Below the pieces are notes generated by a model that saw only the letters and a program-made list of their open reading frames with translations, searched no databases and was not told the DNA's origin. Positions 28,397 through 40,200 of a stretch of 59,356 nt of DNA are shown here, piece after piece. Each line of letters opens with the position of its first letter. Positions within the stretch are counted from its first letter, which is position 1. Source of the DNA: a virus (Duplodnaviria > Caudoviricetes); IMG/VR virus record IMGVR_UViG_3300010234_000013, positions 1-59,356 of that record, one strand, 5' to 3'. The position numbers were made by a program, and so were the translations under genes.

Positions 28397-30160
28397 ATGA
28401 ACAGGCTTTATATTGACGGAATAGAAGTAACTGGTGACGCAATAGGATTGAAGAAATTCACTATTGAGGTTTCCAAGAATTCAACGGATAGCACAGTTCA
28501 AAAAACATTGTCTTCCGAAGTCACATTGAAAGGCGATAGTGCAAAGTGGATTGAAAGCAGATACTTTACAGATTGCAATGCATTCACCGTTGAAGTTCCT
28601 GCAAGATTTTATTCAGAAAGTTGTGGCGGTTTTGGTGTTGATTTGGTATTGACGATTTCGGGAATGAAGACAATGCCTTGTGAATGTTTGGTTTCGTTTC
28701 CTTTGAAATCAATAACGGATGCTAATAAAGCGTATAACAGATTAAGCAAGGAATACTTTTGGGAAAATGGATATGTTGATGGTGCTGTATTGCCGAAGGT
28801 TCCATTTTGTATTCAGCCAAGTATGCTTCAATATTTGGTACTGTTGATTAGACAAGCTCTTGCAATTGCTTTTGCTCCTTCCGGTTTCATCTTTAAAGTA
28901 ATCGACACAATAGTAAATGCTGTTATCGATGCTGTTGACGCTATAACACCAGGAGACATTGGAAATGTAGACCTTGATGTAATTGACAATGTATTTGCAT
29001 TGATAGACAACTTCATAACAGGTGCAGGAAACTATGCGCCAACGATAATAATTAGGGATGCAATATCTTATCAATGTGGTGTCAACGATTTGAATTTTTC
29101 CAGTACAATTTTGAATGATTCATCTTCCGATTATTATGAAATGGTAATGTTTAGTTTAGAGGGTGGAAGAAAAGGTGGATTCAATGATAAATCGGCTGCA
29201 ACCGCAAAAGATGTATTTGAACACAACGCACCATTATTGACAACAATAGGATTATTGGAAAGCCTTAAAATGATTTTCAATGCGGAATATCGGATCATTG
29301 GAAAGACATTGTTTTTTGAAGAAATTGAATGGTTTCAGGATCCTAATAACTTAATTCAAATATTAGATGCTGTAGACTATTGTAAAAACAATCTAATTAG
29401 TGCGACATATTCTTACAATTCAAGCAGAGCATGTGCATACGGTGATTTTCAATTCAGCCAAGATTCGCAAGACGGAGAAGGCAATAAAGCATTAAGGACG
29501 CTATACAAAGACAAAGTAGAATTCAATGACCCGCCAAGCGATGCACAGAAAGGTGTTTGTAGTGTGATAGCCGAATCTTATGCTGCTTCAAGATTCATGT
29601 TTGACCAAGAAAGCTATGAAAAGAAAGGATTCTTTGATTGGGAAAATTTGATCGATGAATTCAGGGATGGTTCGCAAGGGTTCTTTGGTTTTCTATTTGG
29701 CAATGATGGGTATATCAGAACGAATGATTTGATTGTAACAAGAGATATGACCGAAAAATACAAGTTGCTGATCTTAGAAAACAACTATGATCCGGAAGAA
29801 GCATTGGTGATAAGAAAGCCTATTCCTGATGCGGTGGATGAAGGGAAAAGCAAGTATCACTATTACAACTATCCTTTGTACATGAAAGAAGATTTACCTG
29901 AAGTATTAGGTGAAAACGAATTGATAAATAACTTCCTTCATAAGCTTAACCCAAGAACAAGAAAGGACACTTTAGAAATGGAAGGTTTTGATATTCCATG
30001 TGATTGCGATGTCATACAAAATGTACTGGAAAATGGAGATAATGGATATATCAATGTTCATGGAGAAGGCAGAATTGGGATACCAGAAAGATATGAAATC
30101 ACCTTTGATGATAGCGGTGCAAAGATTAAGTTTTCAGATATAATTGTGGTATGTGTTTAA
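28397..30160 (+). CDS. Tail tip/hub protein
   Basis: Immediately after tape measure; acidic, Cys-rich. Confidence 0.6.
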   Translation: MNRLYIDGIEVTGDAIGLKKFTIEVSKNSTDSTVQKTLSSEVTLKGDSAKWIESRYFTDCNAFTVEVPARFYSESCGGFGVDLVLTISGMKTMPCECLVSFPLKSITDANKAYNRLSKEYFWENGYVDGAVLPKVPFCIQPSMLQYLVLLIRQALAIAFAPSGFIFKVIDTIVNAVIDAVDAITPGDIGNVDLDVIDNVFALIDNFITGAGNYAPTIIIRDAISYQCGVNDLNFSSTILNDSSSDYYEMVMFSLEGGRKGGFNDKSAATAKDVFEHNAPLLTTIGLLESLKMIFNAEYRIIGKTLFFEEIEWFQDPNNLIQILDAVDYCKNNLISATYSYNSSRACAYGDFQFSQDSQDGEGNKALRTLYKDKVEFNDPPSDAQKGVCSVIAESYAASRFMFDQESYEKKGFFDWENLIDEFRDGSQGFFGFLFGNDGYIRTNDLIVTRDMTEKYKLLILENNYDPEEALVIRKPIPDAVDEGKSKYHYYNYPLYMKEDLPEVLGENELINNFLHKLNPRTRKDTLEMEGFDIPCDCDVIQNVLENGDNGYINVHGEGRIGIPERYEITFDDSGAKIKFSDIIVVCV

Positions 30161-30174
30161 TAAATTAAATAACA

Positions 30175-30501
30175 ATGTCCAAGATTAAATTATTAGTAGC
30201 AAACAACGCTAATAGAGAAATATTAAAATTGGGTAACAATCACTTGATGTTTCATGATGGATACATAGAATTGGTTTGGAACTTTAAAATGATAAGGAAA
30301 GAAACAGGAGAAGAAGAAATGTATTATGAAAAAACAGGAATACCAAAAAACAACAATTTTATGCTTAGCATCTTCAGATTGGAAGACGCAGAAGAAGAAG
30401 CAAAATTTGCTGTTTATATCAATGGTATTCAATTGGACTTTGCATCGTTTGATGAAGCTAATGATTGTTGGTTAAGGATAATGGAATGGAAAGCATCATG
30501 A
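30175..30501 (+). CDS. Hypothetical protein
   Basis: ORF in operon. Confidence 0.55.
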   Translation: MSKIKLLVANNANREILKLGNNHLMFHDGYIELVWNFKMIRKETGEEEMYYEKTGIPKNNNFMLSIFRLEDAEEEAKFAVYINGIQLDFASFDEANDCWLRIMEWKAS

Positions 30502-30589
30502 TTTTATGTATATGCGGAGGTTTTGAATTTGTTTGGTTGCTGATATTTGGAGTGGTCAAATTGATAATGGATTACAAAAACAATGATTT

Positions 30590-30820
30590 ATGATAAAGCA
30601 AATTTCATTCTTATTGGACAAGTTTGAGGAATCAGATAAAAGGCAAAAAGAAAAAATCCAGGTGTTACAAAAATCTTTAGAATTAATAAAAGGGCTTCAT
30701 CAACTTGGTTGTGAGCATATAACCGAATTAGAAGACAGAGTCGAAAAGCTAGAAAAGCGAATCAAAAAATGCAAAAAAAAGTTCAATAAAAAGTTTGATT
30801 CAGAATACGATTGGTATTGA
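30590..30820 (+). CDS. Coiled-coil hypothetical protein
   Basis: Heptad pattern. Confidence 0.5.
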   Translation: MIKQISFLLDKFEESDKRQKEKIQVLQKSLELIKGLHQLGCEHITELEDRVEKLEKRIKKCKKKFNKKFDSEYDWY

Positions 30821-30827
30821 TGCAAAT

Positions 30828-30867
30828 GGTAACAATTCAATAACAATAACCAACAACATTAAATTTG
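30828..30867 (+). promoter_or_regulatory. Late promoter motif
   Basis: GGTAACAAT at 30828, TAAATTTG at 30860. Confidence 0.8.
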
Positions 30868-30871
30868 TATC

Positions 30872-33556
30872 GTGCTAATATCCACTTCAATAAAGCGTCC
30901 AATACAAACTTCGTTAGGCAAATACGAAACAATAGTAAGTAGCTTTACAAGTACTTCCGATACGCCATTAACAGGAAAACTTTTAAGGGTTCTTCCTGCT
31001 TTGTATTTATCAGATCCAACATTAGACCCTCAACCAAATAGCAAATCATTTCAAGTAATATACCCTGCAAGTGGTTCTGTAGAACTTACAACGGTTGCAG
31101 ATATAAGAAGCAAAAACTACAAAGTATCACTAGAGGTGATCGATGCATATTCATTCAAATTGACTTATAGCTTTTTTGTAAGCAGGTCGGCAGAAGGTTA
31201 TGTATTAGATAATTTGCAAGACAACAGAACACTATTTGATTCTTCGGCATTCGATTCTAATGTAGTATTGCACGTTGATATAAATAACACAACCGCGAAA
31301 TATGTTGCACCAATACAAGTAAATGCATGTGGTCTTAAAACAGATTTCGGAGTAACAGGATACACACCAGGAACCGACCTTGAGTTTGAGATAAGTTATT
31401 TGCTAAAAGAGGTAAACAACAATTTCTATTTCGGATTTTATAGAGAAGATATAATTGGAAACAATTCAAACTTTGTCAAGGATTCGGGCCTTAATTATGC
31501 ATTGATAGATTCGGGTGTAAATCAAGTGGATTCATTACCGTATGCATCTATAACGGATGGATCAGGTTTTGTAAGCGGTGTTGGAAAAATAACAATAGAC
31601 GGTGCTACCCTATTATCGGGCGCAACATATAAAGCCTATGTAGTCTATCAATACAACGGAAGTTGGTTTACATGTATATCAGGATCCATTACACAATCGG
31701 GCGCAACTATTCCTATCACATTAGGAAATCTATCTTCATTAATAACCGATGAACTTGGAGGAACAACAACGTTGGAATGCATAGAAGGAATTTCAAGCTG
31801 TGCAAATATCAATGCATGTGTTACACTGGATAAAGTTAGTTATGGAACCAATCTAACAGCAAACGGAATTACAGGCGTTTTTAGCGATTATTTTGTAAAA
31901 GGCACAGTTACGGTCAATGGAACAACAAACGCTGTAGGTGGAACCGCTATATCGTCCGTAACAACAGATAATGCGAATGATGTAGAACTTTGCGTGGATT
32001 ATATGCCAACGGAAGGTTTTATAGGTCAAAAATATCTAGTATTCAAGTTTGAATTTGATTATGGAAGTCATAAGGATGAAATAATACAGATTATAGAACT
32101 TAGATACAATGTAGTTGAAACGGTGAATGTATTAGATGACGTAATATGTTCTGAAACGGCAGGAAGTCAAATATTTACAGTAACAACCGGAAGCGGATGT
32201 TTAGACAAGACAAGCGTGAACGGTTCGCCATTTGTCACAAGCAATATAGTAACCGCAAATTCTGGAAGTAGCCTAACAATAGATTCAGATTTGTTGTCTG
32301 TGAACGATGAATTAACGGTTAAATCTATATGTGATGGAACGACCGGAACCGATGCAATAGACGATACATGTTCGGATAGGGCCATTGTGAATATCGTACA
32401 AAGAACAACGGTATTAAACGATGCATATAGCGTTGAACTTTTGGTATCTGGTAGCTATGACAGCATTGTAATTCTTGCATCAGGACTAATCGGCAATAAT
32501 ACATTAATCGGATCGGGTGTATTGATTTCAGGAAGTACAGGATTTGGAAGTTTGCCTTCCTACCCTATTTCATACACTGTAACTGTAACTGTCAATGGAA
32601 ACTCCGAAAGTTATTCTTTCTCAATGGCACAAGGAAATGAAGTTGCAAATGGAATATATGAAACTGTAAACAATACAACAACAGATATAAATTGTGTTGC
32701 TGATACCTTGTGCAGCGAGAATGTGGCAGGGTTTGAAATAACTTGTGACGAAGCAACTCAAACGATAACGATAGTACAAACACAAAGCTTCTCAAGTGTA
32801 GTGGAAAATGACACAAGCAGTATGACAACTGATGGTGTAACGTTTGCAGCAATTCCGGCTAGTGTGGTGGGTGAAGAGAAAGTATTCTTACAAAGGGATG
32901 TAACATTTGCTGATGGGTGTGACCCAATAAGCATTCAACAAACGGTCACATGTCTTGCAGAAGTAGAATGTACCAATACAAGAGATATTACAATAGCTTA
33001 TGATTCTGGTAATACAGAGCTGGATATTACATTCGCGGATACTATTAGCAGCACAAAATCAGAAGACATACTGAGGGTAAGTATAGATGGCGGTTTGACA
33101 TTCCAGGAATATGATTTAATTGCTTCCTCATATACATCTATTGCTATTGATGGCAACGAAACCGTTGTTGTTGAAAATACTGTAAAATTCGCAGATGGAT
33201 GTGCGGATCTTGTATTTACGGAAACCGTAAACTTGGCAGAATCTTTTGTTGATTGTGATTATTCTACATATACAGCAACAATGGATGCATATGACGCAGA
33301 CAATGAAGAGTTTGCAGTATCATTTACGGGGGATGAAACGGCATTAATAGTAAATGAAAAGTACTTCACATTGGACGGTAGCAATCCATTTGATGAAGAA
33401 GGAAATATCAAGGGAATACCATATGAGGGCGTAGTAAATGCGGTTGGTCAATTTATTATTGGGTGGCGTGTACAAAAAGAAAATTGTAATCCTGAAATCA
33501 TTTATGCTTATCAGTATGTGTCAGGATTAAGTTTCAAGAATGTAGCAGGTGCGTAA
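30872..33556 (+). CDS. Large beta-rich virion/tail protein
   Basis: 894 aa, S/T/Cys-rich, repeated V.FADGC modules. Confidence 0.65.
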   Translation: MLISTSIKRPIQTSLGKYETIVSSFTSTSDTPLTGKLLRVLPALYLSDPTLDPQPNSKSFQVIYPASGSVELTTVADIRSKNYKVSLEVIDAYSFKLTYSFFVSRSAEGYVLDNLQDNRTLFDSSAFDSNVVLHVDINNTTAKYVAPIQVNACGLKTDFGVTGYTPGTDLEFEISYLLKEVNNNFYFGFYREDIIGNNSNFVKDSGLNYALIDSGVNQVDSLPYASITDGSGFVSGVGKITIDGATLLSGATYKAYVVYQYNGSWFTCISGSITQSGATIPITLGNLSSLITDELGGTTTLECIEGISSCANINACVTLDKVSYGTNLTANGITGVFSDYFVKGTVTVNGTTNAVGGTAISSVTTDNANDVELCVDYMPTEGFIGQKYLVFKFEFDYGSHKDEIIQIIELRYNVVETVNVLDDVICSETAGSQIFTVTTGSGCLDKTSVNGSPFVTSNIVTANSGSSLTIDSDLLSVNDELTVKSICDGTTGTDAIDDTCSDRAIVNIVQRTTVLNDAYSVELLVSGSYDSIVILASGLIGNNTLIGSGVLISGSTGFGSLPSYPISYTVTVTVNGNSESYSFSMAQGNEVANGIYETVNNTTTDINCVADTLCSENVAGFEITCDEATQTITIVQTQSFSSVVENDTSSMTTDGVTFAAIPASVVGEEKVFLQRDVTFADGCDPISIQQTVTCLAEVECTNTRDITIAYDSGNTELDITFADTISSTKSEDILRVSIDGGLTFQEYDLIASSYTSIAIDGNETVVVENTVKFADGCADLVFTETVNLAESFVDCDYSTYTATMDAYDADNEEFAVSFTGDETALIVNEKYFTLDGSNPFDEEGNIKGIPYEGVVNAVGQFIIGWRVQKENCNPEIIYAYQYVSGLSFKNVAGA

Positions 33557-33765
33557 TGTCAAAAAGAACATCAATAAAGATCAATATCATGGTTCCAATT
33601 ACCCTATTGATTTTCGTGGTGTTAATGGTATTGATAAAAGAAATAATAGATATAAAGCAAAATCAAGACATCATTGCTTATTTGCTTGACGACCTTAACA
33701 AGACAGATAGTGTATATATAAAATTAATCAGAATGAATCATGACTTGATCATGATTAAACAATAA
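33556..33765 (+). CDS. Single-TM small protein
   Basis: N-terminal hydrophobic helix. Confidence 0.55.
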   Translation: MSKRTSIKINIMVPITLLIFVVLMVLIKEIIDIKQNQDIIAYLLDDLNKTDSVYIKLIRMNHDLIMIKQ

Positions 33766-33767
33766 AA

Positions 33768-34094
33768 ATGAAAACAACCAAATTGACGCTCTTGTGCGTA
33801 CTAATTAATATTGGCGCGTATGGGCAATTAGAAATGGATACGGTGAAAACAATGCTAATGTATAGCGACACGCAACGTCCATTTTATATCAAAAAAGATT
33901 TCAGTGTAAGTGGTTCTAAAAAAGACACCACTTTTCTTCAACCGGATCTATATGCAAAATGGATATATGGCTTACAGATATTAGAACTTATAGGCGAATC
34001 AAATTGCCATTGGGTTCATAAAAAATACTTGAACAAAGATGGAAGCGAATTATCGGAAACGATAACGGTGTGGCAAACCAAGAGAATAGAATAA
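33768..34094 (+). CDS. Secreted hypothetical protein
   Basis: MKTTKLTLLCVLINIGAYG|Q signal peptide. Confidence 0.65.
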   Translation: MKTTKLTLLCVLINIGAYGQLEMDTVKTMLMYSDTQRPFYIKKDFSVSGSKKDTTFLQPDLYAKWIYGLQILELIGESNCHWVHKKYLNKDGSELSETITVWQTKRIE

Positions 34095-34104
34095 TTTCTA
34101 CCAA

Positions 34105-35379
34105 ATGCAAAGGACAACAACATTTTACCCAAAATTAGCAGCAATAACCCTTGTATTATTGGTTTTAAGTTGCAATAAACGGTCATATACGATACTTAAC
34201 GATCCAAGTGACGTTGACTTTGTTCTTCCAATAGAAAAGCCTATAGGCAAAGATTATGTGCGTACCGAATTCCCCAATGATATAAACGCAAAGTTTACAT
34301 ATTGCCTTTTTGATTGGTTGATATTTAGGGGTCAAGGTGGTGGTCGATGGTATCTTGAATCAGGGCCGGAAAATAATAATGTAGCGCAACAATTGTTAGA
34401 CGATAATCCATGCATTGCATTCGATCAGGAACCAAAAGGAATTTACACTTTTGAATATAGGATTTGTTGTCTTTGGGGAACAAAGGTGTTTTGCTTTAAT
34501 GTATTTCCAAAGTTTTACAACATGGATCTTGGGGATATTCAGATTCCGGATACTATTCAAACGTGTACATCGGAAGGAACCTTTGTAATAATGGATAGAT
34601 TTGATTTTTACCGACTTGGTGTTGATGCCAGTTATAGTTTTGATACGGTAACGGCAGGATACACAAACACAGGTGATGTTACAACGGATACCTATAACCC
34701 TGTAACCGATGGAAATGGATACTACAATTATACTTTTACGTGCAGTCCGGTTTTCCCTTCTGGTTATGTTCCTGATACTGCAAGAGTTGTTGATGTGTAC
34801 TACAGTTTTGTGATTGATAACAATGCAACATGTCCAGAAATTTGCGATAGTGGAAGCGATGAAGATGGCGATGGAGATATAGATTGCGCTGATTCGGATT
34901 GTGATCCATTTGTGCAAATTTCGGGTAACAATCAAATTTGTGTAGGCGATACAACTATCTTGACATCGACAACAGCGGTTTCCTATTCATGGTCAACAGG
35001 CGGAACAGCGGATACAATAGAAGTAATACCAAGTGTAGGAAGTAATAACTATGTAATAACAATTACCGATGCAAACGGATGCACGAACACTACAAGTTAT
35101 GCGGTTCAAGTGGACACAATACCGATAGTAAACGCAGGTGATACATTACAGGCAAATTGCTATGATGATACTTTAACAATGTCGGTAACTGGTGCAGAAT
35201 TATATGAATGGAATCCAGGTGATACATTGGTTGGAAAGTTTAGCGATTCGCCAATAATTTATTATCAAGGGTTGGTAGAATTGATTGTGAAGGGTACAGA
35301 TGGAAATGGATGTGTTGGATATGATACTGTTACTGTGTTTCCTAATGATCCGATAATACTAGGAATAACATGTGAATAA
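34105..35379 (+). CDS. Lipoprotein with Ig/SprB-like repeats and Ca-binding Cys loop
   Basis: Lipobox LLVLS|C; EICD..DEDGDGDIDCADSDC; YSWSTG..TITDANGC. Confidence 0.75.
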   Translation: MQRTTTFYPKLAAITLVLLVLSCNKRSYTILNDPSDVDFVLPIEKPIGKDYVRTEFPNDINAKFTYCLFDWLIFRGQGGGRWYLESGPENNNVAQQLLDDNPCIAFDQEPKGIYTFEYRICCLWGTKVFCFNVFPKFYNMDLGDIQIPDTIQTCTSEGTFVIMDRFDFYRLGVDASYSFDTVTAGYTNTGDVTTDTYNPVTDGNGYYNYTFTCSPVFPSGYVPDTARVVDVYYSFVIDNNATCPEICDSGSDEDGDGDIDCADSDCDPFVQISGNNQICVGDTTILTSTTAVSYSWSTGGTADTIEVIPSVGSNNYVITITDANGCTNTTSYAVQVDTIPIVNAGDTLQANCYDDTLTMSVTGAELYEWNPGDTLVGKFSDSPIIYYQGLVELIVKGTDGNGCVGYDTVTVFPNDPIILGITCE

Positions 35380-35396
35380 AAATTAAAAATAACATT

Positions 35397-35585
35397 ATGA
35401 AAAAAAGCGATTTAATTAAAGTAGGGTTCAAGAAAACTTTAAGATCCGATGGCGCAAATGTTCTTAGTTTTAAACTTAGTGGAAATGCCTTTTTTGAAAC
35501 TTGGGGAAATCTAGAAAATGGCGAAGTTACGGGGTTGTCACATGTGGTTGGTGGAAAGTATCGTGATTCCATAAATATTGCATAG
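35397..35585 (+). CDS. Hypothetical protein
   Basis: Small ORF. Confidence 0.45.
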   Translation: MKKSDLIKVGFKKTLRSDGANVLSFKLSGNAFFETWGNLENGEVTGLSHVVGGKYRDSINIA

Positions 35586-35671
35586 ATGGGAATGGTATGG
35601 AGCATATTATTATTCGCCATTTTAATTGGCCTTTGTATTTGCTCCACTGCAACAATCTTCATAGATCAAAG

Positions 35672-36157
35672 ATGATAAGGAAAACAATTATCCTATTACT
35701 ATTTCCTATTCTATCCTATAGCCAGGATTGCACACATTGTGAAAACGATACAACCACAATGAATTCAAATGCACCTACCGCTGTAAGTTATTATTGGGAT
35801 TGTAGTAATAATCGGCAAAGTGTAATTAAGAACTTTAAATTTATCATTGATACATTTGGAACGGTAGTATGCACATTAACCGTTACGGATGAATTCGGAT
35901 GTACGAATTCGGATATATTGACACATTATGCAATAGAACTAGACACATTTAATACATCATGTACGCTGTTTGTTGATTTAGATTCTGATACAATACACGA
36001 TCCAGTTGACAATTGCGAAGGTGTAGCAAATACCGACCAATTAGATTTTGACGGAGATGGTGAAGGCGATGCATGTGATACGGATATAGACGGTGATGGA
36101 TATTTGAATGGTGTGGATTGTGATGACTATGATCCGTTAGTTTGGACGGGATGTTAA
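35672..36157 (+). CDS. Secreted PKD-like plus thrombospondin type 3-like protein
   Basis: [17 protein letters not shown]|Q; LTVTDEFGC; [19 protein letters not shown]. Confidence 0.75.
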   Translation: MIRKTIILLLFPILSYSQDCTHCENDTTTMNSNAPTAVSYYWDCSNNRQSVIKNFKFIIDTFGTVVCTLTVTDEFGCTNSDILTHYAIELDTFNTSCTLFVDLDSDTIHDPVDNCEGVANTDQLDFDGDGEGDACDTDIDGDGYLNGVDCDDYDPLVWTGC

Positions 36158-36182
36158 GGCACTAATAAAAATAAAAATACCT

Positions 36183-36584
36183 ATGAAAAACCTTGTTGTT
36201 TTATTCGTTCTTATGCTTACTTCAATGTTTGCAATAGGACAAAATCTTTCTTCTAATTCTATCACTTTAGTTGACGCAGGTGGTGGAAATTTCTACATGT
36301 TGGATTCAGTAACTTATAGCAATGGATTGATCATAATCAACAGGACAGCAAACCAGGACAGTGCAGCAATGGTGGTAAGTGTAAATGCTGATTCTTTAAG
36401 TTCTTTAACATCCTACAATGTGTCAAATAGAGCTTATAGTTCTGATACGACAAAAATCAACACTGTAAACGCCAATTTAGCAGCATTAGTAACGAAGAAG
36501 GCAACGGATAGTTTGGCAGCAGGATATTGGAATACAAGGATTGCTCAATTGTCTATTGTCTTGGATTCATTGGCGGCAAATTAA
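36183..36584 (+). CDS. Secreted hypothetical protein
   Basis: MKNLVVLFVLMLTSMFAIG|Q. Confidence 0.7.
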   Translation: MKNLVVLFVLMLTSMFAIGQNLSSNSITLVDAGGGNFYMLDSVTYSNGLIIINRTANQDSAAMVVSVNADSLSSLTSYNVSNRAYSSDTTKINTVNANLAALVTKKATDSLAAGYWNTRIAQLSIVLDSLAAN

Positions 36585-36684
36585 AAGTATAAATTATGTT
36601 TTCAGGAGTATTAAAGCGATTTTTTACAAGAAGAAGAAACAGGACAAGTGCGAATATTGTTCCGTTACATTATCATTAGAAATT

Positions 36685-36724
36685 GGTAATAATCAAGAAC
36701 GATTGAATCTTCTTTTCATATTTG
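36685..36724 (+). promoter_or_regulatory. Late promoter motif
   Basis: GGTAATAAT at 36685, CATATTTG at 36717. Confidence 0.7.
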
Positions 36725-36766
36725 AATAGAATTCATTTTTTAATTAGCTAATTACAAATTACTTCT

Positions 36767-37207
36767 ATGAGATTTTTATTATTTCTTTCATTATTGCTTT
36801 TCACTGTAGCAGCAATAGGCCAAACCAGAGTTGGACAAAGTTCATTCAATGAGGATGAAGGCTACATGGAATTGTTTACAAAAGACACGCTTACGAATAC
36901 TGAAACGTTGACCTTTTTAGCAGATGCTTATTGTAAAGAACCTTGTCTTGTAAATTATGGTGCTGAAATTGATACTTTAACTGGAACCGCAACAATTACC
37001 TACATAATTGAGGAAGGTTTAGGATCAGGTACAATTGCTGAAGCTGATTGGATTCAAGTCGCTTCAGGATCAATAACCGCTAACGATTCAACTTGGACAG
37101 TAGGTAGAACTATGAACTTTGGATGGAGAAGTAGATTAAAAGTATCGCAAACAGGAACAGCGACCACAAGTGTAAAAATGGGTGCCTCATTAAAGGCGAT
37201 AAAATAA
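36767..37207 (+). CDS. Secreted beta-sandwich protein with its own promoter and terminator
   Basis: MRFLLFLSLLLFTVAAIG|Q; Thr-rich beta strands. Confidence 0.7.
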   Translation: MRFLLFLSLLLFTVAAIGQTRVGQSSFNEDEGYMELFTKDTLTNTETLTFLADAYCKEPCLVNYGAEIDTLTGTATITYIIEEGLGSGTIAEADWIQVASGSITANDSTWTVGRTMNFGWRSRLKVSQTGTATTSVKMGASLKAIK

Positions 37208-37241
37208 AGTTTTGCATTTCTAAACGGTTTTGGTTAGTAAT

Positions 37242-37276
37242 AAGAAGGGGGTTAGGGTAATCTCCTTCTTTTTTTA
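37242..37276 (+). terminator. Intrinsic terminator
   Basis: AAGAAGGGGG...TCTCCTTCTT followed by T-run. Confidence 0.7.
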
Positions 37277-37292
37277 TTTACAAACAACTATC

Positions 37293-40200
37293 ATGACAAG
37301 GATTTATCAAACACTATTACTTACACTTCTTTTTACGCTCAATTTAGCTTCTCAGGCCGAATATTATAGTCGTAGCCAAACGATTAGGGTAGATTACAAC
37401 GAAGTACAAGCAAGGTCAATAAACGAGGACGTAAGCGCAAATATAAACGGCACCGATGTAAAGATTACAACGGACTTCATAGTAAGTTGGAAGTGCAACG
37501 AAGAACAGCAAAAGAAAATCCTATCCAAATATATCTGTACAGTAACCAAAGAAGCATCCTATTATACCGTTATCAATTTCTTTGATGTAGGATCCGGCTT
37601 TGAATTCCTTAAAGAAGCACATGACAAGGATCTAATTGATTGGGGGCAACCTGATATAATTGCACCGATAAGGTTTGAAACAGATCCTTATTTTGACACT
37701 CAACATCAAATTTATGATTCTACAATTTATCCATTTAGTGTCAATATGGATACGGTTTGGAATATTACAAAAGGCGCAGGTGTAAAGGTTGCAATAATAG
37801 ACAATGGATTAGAAGATCATGACGATTTAGGAACGATTGATACTACATACAATCCTTTTACTGGTGGTACTGGTGAACCATTGGGGCCGGATACTATAGG
37901 AGGCAGTATTTATGCAAGTAGTCATGGATTATCGGTTGCAGGAATCGTGAACATGCAACATAACGGTATAGGTGGAAGAGGTATAGCTCCTGAAGCTTCA
38001 TTGATAGGTGTGAATATATTTTCAGACGGTATAAGTTCGGCACAAATCGCAACGGGAATTGATTTCGCTGTGAATCAAGGTGCAGATGTCTTGGTTAATA
38101 GTTGGGGATATATTGGCAGTGGTGGTGGAAATCAATGTAGCGTGAACTTTCCATTGATAGAAGCAGCAATAGACAATGCAAGCACAAACGGCAGAAACGG
38201 CAAAGGATCTGTTGTTGTTTTTGCTTCTGGTAATTGGTCAAAAACTGGAACATTAGGAGGAACGGATGAGTGCGTAACACAACCAGGAAGTGTTGAAAAT
38301 GCTTTAGCGGTTGGAGCAATAAATTATCAAACCGGAAAAAGAACTTCATACTCAAGTTATGGGATTGCTTTAGATGTTATGGCACCATCGAATGATCAAA
38401 TATTAAATGACAGGGGAAAAGTAACAGATAATATTGGTGGTGTTTTCACTTGTAGCGATGCACCGAATTCTTACATAACAGGCTTTGGTGGTACTTCTGC
38501 TGCTTGTCCTGTAGTCGGTGGATTGGCAGCATTACTTATAGCAGCGGATACTATGCTAACGGGCGCAAGGGTAAAAGATATAATTCGTGCAAGTGCAAGA
38601 GACTTAGGAAAGATTGGATTTGATACAGAAACGGGTTATGGATTAGTTGATTTTGAAATAGCGTTTGAAAACCTTGATAATCAATTGACATTATTGGAAT
38701 TATGCATTGACACAACGGACGCTGATAATGACGGAATATGTGCAACATTGGATTGTGATGATTCAGATTTGAATGCACCCTACCCTTGTGGAAGTGCTTG
38801 TGACGATGGAGATTCAACAACTTATAATGATGTTTATTTAATGGATGGATGTACATGTTTAGGCATAGCTTGTGCGGAAATTTGCGAAACAACATCAGAG
38901 AAATTATTTCTTACTTCAGATTGTGCAGATACATTGTCATGGTCGGTAAGTGATGGGTCGTTCAATCTAATTGGAAGCACAGCAACTTGGACGCCTCCTG
39001 GAAGTCCTGATGAAAACTATATCATAACCTCAACATGCAAGGATAGTTGCTATTCGACCAATGAAAATGAAGTAATAATAATACTAACAATAGATACGGG
39101 TGGTACTATAATTTCAGATCAAATAATTTGTACAAGTGGAGATCCGGATCAAATTTCGGGAATATACTTGGATGAAAACAATGTTAATTATCAGTGGCAA
39201 TCCAGTATTGTAGATTCTTTTTCGGGATACTCAGATATTGGTGGCGCAACATCAGGAAGTTATGACCCTACAACAATAAGTCAAACGACATGGTATAGAA
39301 GAATGGCGCACAATGCTTGTTTGGATACATCATATTCTAATGTCATTGAAATATTGGTAGCAAGTCCACCTACGGCATTGATTTCAGGAAATACATCTAG
39401 TTGCACAACTGATAGCACAACACTAACTGCAAGTGGTGGAACAGAATATTTATGGTCAACAGCAGAAACAACGGCAGCGGTGAATGTATTGCCAGGAACT
39501 TACACGGTGACCGTAACAGACGCAAATGGTTGTACGGCAACAGATGACCACACAATAACCGATTCAGGGCCATGTTGTACAAATGTAACTGTAGCAGGCA
39601 CATTATCTGGAAATCAGGCGATATGTGGCGGTTATGACCCTACAACAATAACTGGAACTGTAGCAAGTGGCGGCGTAGGCGGTTCGATAGAATATAGATG
39701 GTATACAAATGGAGGTCTTAATGGGGGAACGGGTCAAAATTACGATCCACCAAACATAAGCTCTACAACAACTTATTATAGAGAAGCAAGAAGGGATTGT
39801 CAAGCAAGTTGGATTAGCAGCAACACAATTACCAAAACGGTTTATGGATTTCCTACAGCAAACGCAGGAGGCGATCAAACTGTAGGTTGTGCAAGTTATA
39901 GTGCCAATCTTTCTGCAAGTGGTGGTGTATCATACCTTTGGAATAATGGTGGCACATTAAGTTCTACGACAATTTCAAATCCTGTTGCAACTCCAAGTGT
40001 AACAACAGATTATACCGTTACGGTTACAGACGGAAATGGATGTACGGATACTGATGTAGTAAGGGTTAATGTCAGAACAAATACTTCTGCAAATGCCGGA
40101 GCTGATACCGATCATTGTACAGGTGGAAGTTCCAATTTAAGTGCAAGTGGTGGCGTAACTTATGCATGGTCGCCATCAACAGGACTAAGCGCAACAAACA

